Shown: positions 17,508 through 26,670 of the stretch, piece after piece
How the letters are laid out: every line of letters starts with the position of its first letter
How positions within the stretch are numbered: the first letter of the stretch is position 1
Assembly (NCBI GenBank): GCA_017882345.1
Contig: JADGPT010000001.1
Span: forward strand, 1-46,841
Direction of reading: 5' to 3'
Source of the DNA: Bacteroidales bacterium
Lineage (GTDB): Bacteria; Bacteroidota; Bacteroidia; Bacteroidales; VadinHA17
Length of the DNA: 46,841 bases
Made by a program: the position numbers and the translations under genes
Notes under the pieces: model-generated
Databases searched by the model: none
Seen by the model: the letters and a program-made list of their open reading frames with translations, nothing else
Told to the model about the DNA's origin: nothing

Positions 17508-18491
17508 ATGACAAATGAAGTAAACAATACCCGTCCTATCGCAAATGATAATGCGGCTTCAAGAAATAATGAAAGAAAGGCAAAGAAAGAAGGAATGAAA
17601 AAAGGCATTTTGACAACACTAATAGTGTGTCTACTCCTTTTAGTAGTAGCCGGTTTCGTTGTAAATTCAATGTATAATAATGAGCAGAAAAAACATCTTG
17701 CTATTGTAGAAAACCAAAAACACTCATTTACACAATTATTAACTTCCAGAGATTCAGTTATCAACGAATGGATGTTAACATTTGATCAAATTGAAAAAGA
17801 TCTGAACACAGTAAAAGAGAAAGAAAACATAATAACGATGAAGTCATCGGATAAAGAGTTTTCTAAAGACAAAAAGGAGCAAATACTAAAGGATATTGAG
17901 TATGTTAATACTCTGCTCGATCAGAATAAAAAGAAGATAGCCTCGTTGACAGCACAGCTAAAGAATTCAGGTGGAACAATTAAAGGCCTGCAGGTTAAAG
18001 TAGCTGAACTCGAAATTTCAATGAAACAACGTGAGACTGAAATAGCTGAGCTTAAAGTAAATCTGACTCAAAAGGATTTCGAAATCGGACAACTTAATAC
18101 GCGAATGACCGATCAGCAGATTGCAATTGCACAGAAGGATGAGAAAATCAGTAATCAGTTTGCTGAGATGAACAAAGGTTTTGTAGCTTATGGAACATAC
18201 AAAACTCTTAAAGCAAAGGGTCTGGTATCTAAGGAAGGTGGATTTCTGGGACTTGGAAAGAAAGAGTCCTTACACCAGGATTTTTCTGACAGTTTATTTA
18301 CCCAGGTCAATATTAGGGAAACGAAAAGTATTCCTGTGAATTCAAAAGCTGCAAAGCTTATTACGGAACACCCAAGCAACTCCTACGCTTTGGTTCGTGA
18401 CAAAAACAATAAAATTGCCAGCATAGAGATAAAAGATCCGGAACAGTTCTGGAAAATTTCAAAGTATGCTGTTGTGGAAATTAAGAATTAA
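17508..18491 (+). CDS. single-pass membrane protein with a long coiled coil and a conserved-looking C-terminal domain; function unknown
   Basis: 327-aa ORF with a basic N-terminus, TM helix ILTTLIVCLLLLVVAGFVV and heptad-rich KIASLTAQLK...VAELEISMKQRETEIAELKVNL. The C-terminal block reads GFVAYGTYKTLKAKGLVSKEGGFLGLG...EQFWKISKYAVVEI. A terminator follows. Confidence 0.7.
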   Translation: MTNEVNNTRPIANDNAASRNNERKAKKEGMKKGILTTLIVCLLLLVVAGFVVNSMYNNEQKKHLAIVENQKHSFTQLLTSRDSVINEWMLTFDQIEKDLNTVKEKENIITMKSSDKEFSKDKKEQILKDIEYVNTLLDQNKKKIASLTAQLKNSGGTIKGLQVKVAELEISMKQRETEIAELKVNLTQKDFEIGQLNTRMTDQQIAIAQKDEKISNQFAEMNKGFVAYGTYKTLKAKGLVSKEGGFLGLGKKESLHQDFSDSLFTQVNIRETKSIPVNSKAAKLITEHPSNSYALVRDKNNKIASIEIKDPEQFWKISKYAVVEIKN

Positions 18492-18542
18492 AAGGTTTAT
18501 GCTCTGATTTTCAGGCATATGTTGTGAAAAGCAAAGTATGAG

Positions 18543-18578
18543 GCCTCACGGGATTTGAAACCCGTGGGGCTTTTTTTT
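18543..18578 (+). terminator. intrinsic terminator
   Basis: Stem CCTCACGGG / CCCGTGGGG (one G-U pair), loop atttgaaa, followed by T8. Confidence 0.8.
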
Positions 18579-18684
18579 AAGTCAGAATTATTTATAATTT
18601 CGTCAAAAGAAATTTCCCTGCCGGGAACAAAGAACAGGACTTCATGATGACCTCAAGATAAAAAGGTATTTAATTAACAACAAA

Positions 18685-19620
18685 ATGAAAAAGTTAATAC
18701 TTGTTTTAACCAGTCTGTTAATCACTCTCAACATCAGTTCACAGGGAAATAAAAATCTGGCTGAAATGCTTGGATATCCAGGGGATTCTAAACTGCTCAT
18801 CATTCATGCTGATGATATGGGACTGGCTCATTCCGTTAATATGGCATGCATAAGGGCTTTCGAAAATAAAGCCATCACATCAGGCAGCATCATGGTGCCC
18901 TGTCCATGGGCTTCTGAAATTATAGCATATTCAAAAGACCATCCTGGCATGGATGTCGGAATTCACCTGACACTGACAGCAGAATGGGGTCTCTATAAAT
19001 GGGATGGGATAACTGCTTCTGACCAGATTCCAAGCCTTCTTGATAAGAACAATTACTTTTATCCGTCAGTAGAAGAACTTGGAAAAGCAGCAAAAGGTAC
19101 TGAGGTAGAAAAAGAACTCAGAGCCCAGATTGATAAAGCAATAGCTTCAGGGGTTCAACCTACTCATATTGATACGCATATGGGGAGTGTCCTGGCTAAT
19201 CCCGAGCTTGTAAAAATATATCTTAAACTTTCCGATATCTATCATTTACCAGTTCTTTTTCCACGGTCATATTTAAGTTGGTTTCCACCTGATGTGGCTA
19301 AATCAATGGAATCGAAAATTTTCCTTATTGATAATTTATTCATGCTGGAACCTAAGATGATCACAGGCAAATGGATTGATGCTTATAAAAAAGGTGTTGA
19401 AACAATGAAGCCAGGATTAAACGAGATGATTGTTCATCTTGCGATTGATAATGATGAAATGCAAGCCATAAGTAAAGGACACGATGATTATGGCTCAGCC
19501 TGGCGCCAGCATGATCTTGATCTGATTTCAGGCACTGAATTCAAGGACTTATTAAAGTCCAATCATATAATACTTATTGGATGGAAACAGATCCGAGATC
19601 TCATGAACTCACTAAAATAA
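18685..19620 (+). CDS. YdjC/ChbG/HpnK-family carbohydrate deacetylase, exported
   Basis: 311-aa ORF with a signal peptide. Family motifs LIIHADDMGLAHSVN and PTHIDTHMG. Confidence 0.7.
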   Translation: MKKLILVLTSLLITLNISSQGNKNLAEMLGYPGDSKLLIIHADDMGLAHSVNMACIRAFENKAITSGSIMVPCPWASEIIAYSKDHPGMDVGIHLTLTAEWGLYKWDGITASDQIPSLLDKNNYFYPSVEELGKAAKGTEVEKELRAQIDKAIASGVQPTHIDTHMGSVLANPELVKIYLKLSDIYHLPVLFPRSYLSWFPPDVAKSMESKIFLIDNLFMLEPKMITGKWIDAYKKGVETMKPGLNEMIVHLAIDNDEMQAISKGHDDYGSAWRQHDLDLISGTEFKDLLKSNHIILIGWKQIRDLMNSLK

Positions 19621-19644
19621 ACAGGCTCCATCAGGAGCCTGTTT
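19619..19644. terminator. bidirectional hairpin terminator between convergent genes
   Basis: Perfect 11-bp stem AAACAGGCTCC / GGAGCCTGTTT with loop atca. The A-rich and T-rich arm ends let it serve both strands. Confidence 0.75.
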
Positions 19645-19667
19645 CCAGTCAATTCTTAATAACAATG

Positions 19668-20213
19668 TTATTTCTTATCATAAACCATAGTGGTTTTTAC
19701 TTCACCATTCTGACCTTGTCTTGTATTTGCTACAGTCAGTGTTTTTGCGTCGGTAAGAACCCATATCTCAGTTGACTTCATTGTCCTTGACGTACCATTC
19801 ATATCCATGGTTCTTGAAGTTTCAATAGTCAGTGACTTTCCATTAGAAGACCATGCTGCTATTGATTTGCTGTCGCCTCTGGGTGATGTGTTTACGCTCT
19901 CTTTTCCATCGAGTGTATACTTCATAGTTGTTGTAGAGGGTTGTCCATCCTGACCAGTCCTTGTTCTGACAACTGTAAGAAGATTGGCTTCCTGAGTAGC
20001 AACAAAATTGCCACCCATTCTCATACCATTACCCTGACCACCCTGAGGCTGGGTACTCTTTTCGGCATTTAAGGTCCAGTTACCTGCAAAATTTGTTTTA
20101 CCAGCCTGAGCACTGGTCATAACCGGAGCAATAAGTCCCAGCATAAGTGTCAGTGATATTAACCGCAAAAAACCAAGGCCGTTAACATGAAATTCTTTAA
20201 TGTTTCTTTTCAT
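19668..20213 (-). CDS. small exported beta-rich protein, unknown function
   Basis: Start moved to ATG 20213 (MKRNIKEF...), which gives a signal peptide ending TSAQA. The body is Thr/Gly/Asn-rich with alternating beta-strand patterns. Confidence 0.5.
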   Translation of the reverse strand: MKRNIKEFHVNGLGFLRLISLTLMLGLIAPVMTSAQAGKTNFAGNWTLNAEKSTQPQGGQGNGMRMGGNFVATQEANLLTVVRTRTGQDGQPSTTTMKYTLDGKESVNTSPRGDSKSIAAWSSNGKSLTIETSRTMDMNGTSRTMKSTEIWVLTDAKTLTVANTRQGQNGEVKTTMVYDKK

Positions 20214-20386
20214 TTTCTTTCTTTTTTTAAGTGAGTTGATCAATATTAGACAACAATCCATAGGTAAATATTCCTCAAAATACGAATAAATCTATATAAT
20301 AAGAATTGTTTTGTGTCTTTGAGCGTAACAACTATCGTCTGATTTAGCATAACTCCTGCTATAACTCCTTTAAAAGCGGTCTGAAA

Positions 20387-21349
20387 TTATTTAGTCAGAG
20401 TATAAAATTCGTATTTAATCGACCATTTGATTTCTTTTCCGGGTTCTACTTTAATTTTGATATATGGTTCCGGGCAAAGAGTAGTTGAACAGGCCCAGAA
20501 TGCCAGTTTAAGAAATGGCTGATCGCATGTAATCTTCACTCCTGCACCCGTTATGCGATTTTCGATCGTAATTTCATAATCAGCTGCACCAGGGCCAAAT
20601 CCTTCTAAAGAAAAACACTCAACCTCTTCTCCGTTACCTATTGTTCTTAGAAACGATATCTGATTGCCTTGGATTTCAGCCAATTCTCCAAATCCTGCTC
20701 CGTTTCCTTTCAGATTAAACGGTAATTTCACTATAAGTCCCGGACCAATCGGATGTTTGTCAATTACAAAGAAATTATGGTCATAAACATTCGTTTCAAT
20801 TGTACGTGTTCCTGTATTCTTAATAGTATGATAAAGAACCATTTCAGGTTTATCTTTTGTCAGACTTACAGTTTTTTCATAATGGTAAGAGTAAGCCTTA
20901 TCGTTCAGATCATGTATAAACAATACCTGATCTGCTTTCTTTTTAATGGTCCATTTTCCAGGATTTAATAACTGGTATAATCTACTGAATTCATATGGCT
21001 TATCATCTTGCTTATAGACTACTCCTACTCCTATTTTAATAAAGCTGCCGCCTGCTTTTATTTCTGAATAGTCCAAAGGTGCAAATTCTTCCACAGGCCC
21101 CATTATTACGTCATGTATCCCGGGGCTGTATTTACTAAACCATTGACCGAAATAGTTATGACCCTTGTACTCAAGACTGGCTATATTTCCTGACCAATCG
21201 AACCGTGTTCCCTGGTAATATCCTTTATTTGCATCGGGAAGGAGGATCGTGGCATGGATTAATCCATTGCTGATCTCTGTTTGCGGAAATTTTGTAAATG
21301 ACATAGCGGCAATAGTTAGTCCAGACAATATATAATATATCTTTTTCAT
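20387..21349 (-). CDS. exported protein of unknown function (beta-sandwich-like by composition)
   Basis: Start moved to ATG 21349 (MKKIYYILSGLTIAAMSF...), which gives a signal peptide. No catalytic motif recognised. Divergent from the TIM-barrel/oxidoreductase pair. Confidence 0.55.
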   Translation of the reverse strand: MKKIYYILSGLTIAAMSFTKFPQTEISNGLIHATILLPDANKGYYQGTRFDWSGNIASLEYKGHNYFGQWFSKYSPGIHDVIMGPVEEFAPLDYSEIKAGGSFIKIGVGVVYKQDDKPYEFSRLYQLLNPGKWTIKKKADQVLFIHDLNDKAYSYHYEKTVSLTKDKPEMVLYHTIKNTGTRTIETNVYDHNFFVIDKHPIGPGLIVKLPFNLKGNGAGFGELAEIQGNQISFLRTIGNGEEVECFSLEGFGPGAADYEITIENRITGAGVKITCDQPFLKLAFWACSTTLCPEPYIKIKVEPGKEIKWSIKYEFYTLTK

Positions 21350-21665
21350 ATCCAATAGATTATTTGTTAAATAATAATAATTCAAAACTATTTTCCAATT
21401 AACTGCGCTTTGCAGCCACCACAATTAATCCCGGCGACTGGTGCCGGAATGAGATTCTGATTTCCTCATGATCCAGGCATTTATATCTTTTAAAATTAAG
21501 ATAAATCCTGAAAGTTCAGTCTAAAATTATCTGAAATAGTTCGGTCAAAGCAGGTTAAAAAACATAAAGAGATTTAGCCAGTTATCCAGGCAATTTTATA
21601 AATTTGTATTGATACCTGCGGCTAATTAAAGAAATAAATTAAGGTTTCTTATAAACATACTCATT

Positions 21666-22535
21666 ATGAATAAATTATCAAGAAGACAGTTTCTGGGGAA
21701 AAGTGCCCTGGGACTAGGATCGGTTGTTATTGCATCACAGTTTCCACTGGACATTAACGCTAATGTTTCTCCGGAACCTGTTAGAATGCCTCTTGGATTC
21801 CAGGTGTGGACTGTAAGGGATATGCTAGTTAAGGATTTCCCCGGAACATTAAAAATGGTTGCAGATATGGGGTATCAAAGTGTTGAAATGTGTTCTCCTC
21901 CAGGGTATGAAGGTGCAGGTTTTGGTCCGCTTATGAAACTTAAAGCCAAGGAGATGAAGAAGATCATTAACGATGCGGGCCTGATCTGTCCAAGCTCTCA
22001 CTATGGAATGGATGAACTGAGAAACCGCCTTGATGAACGTATTGAATTCGCCAAAGAGTCGGGTCAGACACAGATGATACTCTCCAGTTTTGGACTACCA
22101 AAAGAGGCAACAATAAGTGACTGGCTTAAAGCCGCTGATGAATTGAATATTATGGGATTAAAAGCCAAAACATCAGGTATCCAGATGGGATACCACAATC
22201 ATAATATGGAATTTGAAAAAATCAACAACACCCTGATCTACGATGCTTTGATGAGCCAGTTAGACCCTGCATACATAAAAATGCAGTTTCAGGTTGCCGT
22301 GATAAGCATCGGATATAAAGCTTCAACCTATTTTACAAAGTACCCTGGCAGATTTATTTCTGCTCATCTGGCTGATTGGTCTGCTACTGAAAAAAAGGAA
22401 GTACCGGTTGGCAAAGGTATTGTTGACTGGAAGGAATTTTTTGTAACATTTAAGAAAGGTGGGGTAAAAAATATCTTTGTGGAAATGGAAATGGGAACAT
22501 TTAAAGAGAGTGCAAATTACTTTCACAGTCTTTAA
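21666..22535 (+). CDS. xylose-isomerase-like TIM-barrel protein ('sugar phosphate isomerase/epimerase') with a Tat signal
   Basis: 289-aa ORF with twin-arginine signal SRRQFLGKSALGLGSVV. The YQSVEM...GYHNHNMEF pattern is typical of AP-endonuclease-2/xylose-isomerase-like TIM barrels. Confidence 0.8.
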   Translation: MNKLSRRQFLGKSALGLGSVVIASQFPLDINANVSPEPVRMPLGFQVWTVRDMLVKDFPGTLKMVADMGYQSVEMCSPPGYEGAGFGPLMKLKAKEMKKIINDAGLICPSSHYGMDELRNRLDERIEFAKESGQTQMILSSFGLPKEATISDWLKAADELNIMGLKAKTSGIQMGYHNHNMEFEKINNTLIYDALMSQLDPAYIKMQFQVAVISIGYKASTYFTKYPGRFISAHLADWSATEKKEVPVGKGIVDWKEFFVTFKKGGVKNIFVEMEMGTFKESANYFHSL

Positions 22536-22608
22536 CCTTCAGAAAATCTAATCATTTAAAAAAAAATTGTTCAATTATTAATAGTGACTATAAATCTATT
22601 CCAGAAAA

Positions 22609-24117
22609 ATGGCAACCTCAAAAAAAATAAACCGTCGTGATTTCCTGGGATCAGCTGCTGCTGCTTCCTTTGCGATTACAGTTGTACCCAGACAAGTTCT
22701 CGGAGGATCAGGTTATGTGCCTCCTAGCGATAAAATTACATTGGGATATATCGGATGTGGTACTCAGGGATTAAGGGAGATGACCGCATTAATTTCAAAT
22801 CCTGCATTGCAAATAGTGGCTGTCTGCGATCCCAACAAGTTCAGTACAAATTATATAGACTGGTCTTTAAATGATGTCCGGAATAGTATCCGTTCGGCAC
22901 TAGGTGATAATTCATGGGGAGAAAGTATTAAGGGGATACCGGGAGGAAGAGATATCGGACAGGAATTTGTTCAGAAATATTATGGTAAATCAAAAGATTC
23001 AGGCACTTACAAAGGATGTGCATCTTACGAGGATTTCAGGGAATTACTTGAAAAAGAGAAAGATGTGAACGCGATAAAGATCATGACCCCTGACCATCTT
23101 CACGGGACTGTGGCAATAGCCTCAATGAATAAAGGAAAACATGTTGTCACTCATAAGCCAATTGCCAACAGGATGTATGAAGCAAAGCTTACCATCGAAA
23201 CCGCTAAAAAAACCGGTCTGAGCACACATCTGCTTGCATGGAGTAAAAGATCTGACTATGATGTAATTAAGAAATGGATAAACGATGGATCTATTGGCAA
23301 ACTAAAGGAGATACACAACTGGTCGAACAGACCAATGTGGCCCCAGTGGCAAGCCAATCCGACGGATACACCTCCGGTACCTAAGGACTTTAACTGGGAT
23401 CTATGGCTGGGACCGGTTCCCGATCGTCCGTATCATCCAAACTATACAAATGCTGTTTTTCGAGGCTGGTACGACTTTGGTGCAGGAAGCATTGCTGATA
23501 TGGGGCATTATAGTCTATTCCCCCTGTTTCTTACATTAGGTATCACTTCAGCAGCCATTAGTGCTGAAGCATATGGTACAACAACCTGTGCTCTTCAGGG
23601 AAATGTTGCAGTCGGGGTCAAGAATGATGTTGCCTTCCCTCTTTCGTGCATAATAAGATTTAAATTCCAGGCCCAGGCAGAATTGCCTGCATTTGATCTT
23701 TTCTGGTATGATGGCGGGATGAAACCCATCACCCCCGATGAGCTTAGCACATCAGGAAAGTCCCTGGATAGAGAAGGTATGATGTTTGTAGGTGATAAAG
23801 GAAAAATAATAGCCGGATTCAGGGGAGAAAATCCTGTGTTGTATATCGAAAAAAATAATGGTATTTCCCAAAAAACCACTCCCGAAAAATCTGGAGAGGA
23901 TACCAATAATGTATGGATAAACGCATTCAAGAATAACACCCAATCACCTGGTAGTTTTATATATACCGGACCTGTTACTGAGACAATTCTACTTGGAGCA
24001 GTTGCATTACGGGCAGGGAAAAAGGTGGAGTATGATAGTGCAAATATGAAAATTACTAACATCCCTGAAGCTAATAAATACCTTGTGAGAGAATATCGAA
24101 AGGGTTGGGAACTTTAA
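22609..24117 (+). CDS. Gfo/Idh/MocA family oxidoreductase with a Tat signal
   Basis: 502-aa ORF with twin-arginine signal NRRDFLGSAAAAS. Rossmann start LGYIGCGTQG, and ...IMTPDHLH... typical of the family. Confidence 0.85.
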   Translation: MATSKKINRRDFLGSAAAASFAITVVPRQVLGGSGYVPPSDKITLGYIGCGTQGLREMTALISNPALQIVAVCDPNKFSTNYIDWSLNDVRNSIRSALGDNSWGESIKGIPGGRDIGQEFVQKYYGKSKDSGTYKGCASYEDFRELLEKEKDVNAIKIMTPDHLHGTVAIASMNKGKHVVTHKPIANRMYEAKLTIETAKKTGLSTHLLAWSKRSDYDVIKKWINDGSIGKLKEIHNWSNRPMWPQWQANPTDTPPVPKDFNWDLWLGPVPDRPYHPNYTNAVFRGWYDFGAGSIADMGHYSLFPLFLTLGITSAAISAEAYGTTTCALQGNVAVGVKNDVAFPLSCIIRFKFQAQAELPAFDLFWYDGGMKPITPDELSTSGKSLDREGMMFVGDKGKIIAGFRGENPVLYIEKNNGISQKTTPEKSGEDTNNVWINAFKNNTQSPGSFIYTGPVTETILLGAVALRAGKKVEYDSANMKITNIPEANKYLVREYRKGWEL

Positions 24118-24194
24118 TCCCGGGGGATGAATTGATTTGATTATGCGAAGAGATAAAAAAAGCACTTGATTACTTAAAGAATATCCTAAACGAT

Positions 24195-24233
24195 AAAAAA
24201 GAGGCCGCCTCAATCGTGAGACAGCCTCTTTTA
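24195..24233. terminator. bidirectional hairpin terminator between convergent genes
   Basis: 9-bp stem AAAAGAGGC / GCCTCTTTT with an 18-nt loop. An A-run lies upstream and a T-run downstream. Confidence 0.65.
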
Positions 24234-24256
24234 ATTATTTGACAACCTGCCGGTCA

Positions 24257-24574
24257 TTATTTATTCTTAGGTTTTGTTGTCGGTTTAGTAGCTGGTTTAA
24301 CAGTACCGGCTTTTACTGTCAATTTTTTCAGGAATTTACCTGTATTATCATAACTGAGAGTCTCCTGCATGGTTCCTTTTGCGATAACAACCTCGTATGT
24401 CACAACATTGTTTTCTACAACTTTTGTTGCATCCTTTATTGTAAAACCAACATAGTCTTTAGCAACATTGTCAGTAATAGACTTCTGAAGGTCTGCAACT
24501 TTTACGGGAGTACGTTGAGCATTAACAACTAAAGCTCCCATCACCAGTACCATAACGAATAATAACTTTTTCAT
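24257..24574 (-). CDS. small exported PepSY-like protein
   Basis: 105-aa ORF with a signal peptide (VVNAQ). The beta-rich body FTIKDATKVVENNVVTYEVVIAKGTMQETLSYDNTGKF resembles PepSY-like periplasmic proteins. Lys/Pro/Thr tail. Confidence 0.5.
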   Translation of the reverse strand: MKKLLFVMVLVMGALVVNAQRTPVKVADLQKSITDNVAKDYVGFTIKDATKVVENNVVTYEVVIAKGTMQETLSYDNTGKFLKKLTVKAGTVKPATKPTTKPKNK

Positions 24575-24698
24575 ATCTAATAAATTAATTGGTTTGATAG
24601 TACAATAGTATTGCGGGATTCTGAAGACGATCTGAAGTTGGAGATTTTTAACAAAAGTTTAAGAAATAAAATAATAATGCCCCAAGGGGGAAGCAATT

Positions 24699-25964
24699 TC
24701 ATCGATACCGGAGCTTTAGTTCATGAAGGTTATCCTTGCAGGTATAGGTGATAAGCATTCCATAACTCTCTGTAATTTTCCTGACTATAGATAAGCCAAG
24801 ACCTACTGATTGAGGATTTTCACTGTTTTTATGAAACCTTTTGAAGAGATCCTCGGGTTTAGTGGTCATGGGTAACCCAGTATTGGTCAATGTAAGAAAC
24901 ATATTATCAATATGACATTTGATGAATCCACCATTGATGTTAAACCTTACTGCATTGCTGAGAAGATTTGAAATCAATACTTCGGCAAGCACCTCATTCA
25001 TTTCAACTAATGCTTCATCCTTGCCATCTATAGAGATCCGTATATTCTTCAACTCCATGATTTCTTTATAATTCTCCAGACCATTTTCGACAATCCGTTT
25101 CAAAGAGACCATCTTCTTTTCATGAAAAACCTGATTCGAGATTTTGGAAATAAGAAGCAATCCCTGGTTAAGCTTAAATAATCTGGTTGTAGCTTCATTG
25201 ATAGATTTAACAAGGTTGATACTATCCTTCTTAAGGTTTTTTTGTTGCATAAGAAGATCGGTCTTGGAACGGATAACTGCAAGTGGGGTCTGTATCTCAT
25301 GACTTGCATTTTCACTGAATTCTTTCAGATTAAGATAATCATCCCTCATTTTACAGGTCATGTTATCAAAGATCTCATTAAGCTGGTTGAACTCATTTAT
25401 ATCTGTTCCAGGCAAATTCAAAGGCGTATCAGATTGTATATCAAACCTTCCGGCTATTTTAACCGAATCATAAAACGGCCTCCAAAGGTTCCTGGCAATA
25501 AGGTAATTGATTAGTATTGAGATAAGCAGAAGTGAAAAAAACAGGAAAAACAAATAAATACCAATGTCCTGCAATAATTCATTTTTTTCGCTTATAGTCC
25601 GGAAAATAGTAATTACGAAACCTTTCTTTTCATTAGTGTTACCCGAATAAAAAAGGTACCTGAATGGCATAAATGAATCAGTTTTCGGATCATAAATATC
25701 TGTATCCTTAATCACCTGATAACTACGCAAATGGTAGTTCATTAGTTTAACTTCAATCTGATGACCTAATGCGGCTTCAAAATCCGGAATAGTATCTGAC
25801 TGTTTTATTTGATCCTCTATTATTGTCTTCTCAGTTATCAGACTGTCATCAACCTGTTTATAAATAACTTTCTTAATTGTTAAATATAGCAACGCGCCTC
25901 CGACAACCATTACAAGAAGAGAAAGAGGCAAATAGTAAAAGGCACTTTTAGTTAATAATTTCAA
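24699..25964 (-). CDS. sensor histidine kinase (2 TM, HisKA, HATPase_c)
   Basis: H-box SHEIQTPLAVI, N-box LLSNAVRFN and G-box GLGLSIVRKI. ATGA overlap with the upstream response-regulator gene. Confidence 0.85.
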   Translation of the reverse strand: MKLLTKSAFYYLPLSLLVMVVGGALLYLTIKKVIYKQVDDSLITEKTIIEDQIKQSDTIPDFEAALGHQIEVKLMNYHLRSYQVIKDTDIYDPKTDSFMPFRYLFYSGNTNEKKGFVITIFRTISEKNELLQDIGIYLFFLFFSLLLISILINYLIARNLWRPFYDSVKIAGRFDIQSDTPLNLPGTDINEFNQLNEIFDNMTCKMRDDYLNLKEFSENASHEIQTPLAVIRSKTDLLMQQKNLKKDSINLVKSINEATTRLFKLNQGLLLISKISNQVFHEKKMVSLKRIVENGLENYKEIMELKNIRISIDGKDEALVEMNEVLAEVLISNLLSNAVRFNINGGFIKCHIDNMFLTLTNTGLPMTTKPEDLFKRFHKNSENPQSVGLGLSIVRKITESYGMLITYTCKDNLHELKLRYR

Positions 25965-26638
25965 ATATCGATGAATTTATATCCAAAACCATAAATACAC
26001 TTGATATAATTACTGCCCGCAGCAGCTATAATCTTTTTACGCAGGTTCTTAACATGCGTATAAACAAAATCAAAGGAATCGGTAAGTATAACATTGTCTC
26101 CCCACAGATGTTCAACTATTGATTCCTTTGTTATAATTCTGTTCCTGTTAGCCATAAAGAACAATAAAAGATCATATTCTTTTTTTGTAAGAATTAATAA
26201 CTTCTCATTCACATAAACCTGATTATCTTCAGTATTTATCCTGATCTCATTAAAAGTTATTTCATTCAGACCGAGAAAATTGTTTCGTCTGTATATTGAA
26301 TTGATCCGTGCATTGAGTTCAGCAAAGTGAAATGGTTTCGTGAGATAATCATCCGCTCCTATATTTAAACCAACTAGTTTATCATCAAGAGAGCTTTTCG
26401 CAGAAAGTATCAGAATTCCACCGGTTAACCTGTTAGCCTTCATCTCCCGGATTAAATCCAGTCCATTACCATCCGGGAGACCAATGTCAAGAATAATACA
26501 ATCATATTTATTGATAGCAACCTTTTGTGTTGCATCAGTGAAAGTCAATGCAACTTCACAGATATGGCCCTCCATCTTAAGGTAATCATAAATGGATCGG
26601 CTTAGAGACCGGTCATCTTCTACAATCAATAGTTTCAC
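25961..26638 (-). CDS. OmpR/PhoB-family response regulator
   Basis: Receiver LLIVEDD...IILDIGLPDGNG...LTKPF. Winged-helix output LTKKEYDLLLFF...YGFGYKF. Confidence 0.9.
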   Translation of the reverse strand: MKLLIVEDDRSLSRSIYDYLKMEGHICEVALTFTDATQKVAINKYDCIILDIGLPDGNGLDLIREMKANRLTGGILILSAKSSLDDKLVGLNIGADDYLTKPFHFAELNARINSIYRRNNFLGLNEITFNEIRINTEDNQVYVNEKLLILTKKEYDLLLFFMANRNRIITKESIVEHLWGDNVILTDSFDFVYTHVKNLRKKIIAAAGSNYIKCIYGFGYKFIDI

Positions 26639-26670
26639 ATCAATAGAATAAAATGTAAAAATTCCACATT

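Noticed and set aside
23595-24062. 155-aa ORF on the minus strand (and 23752..23943)
   Set aside because: It is antisense inside the Gfo/Idh/MocA CDS, which has clear family motifs. No motifs, no start context.
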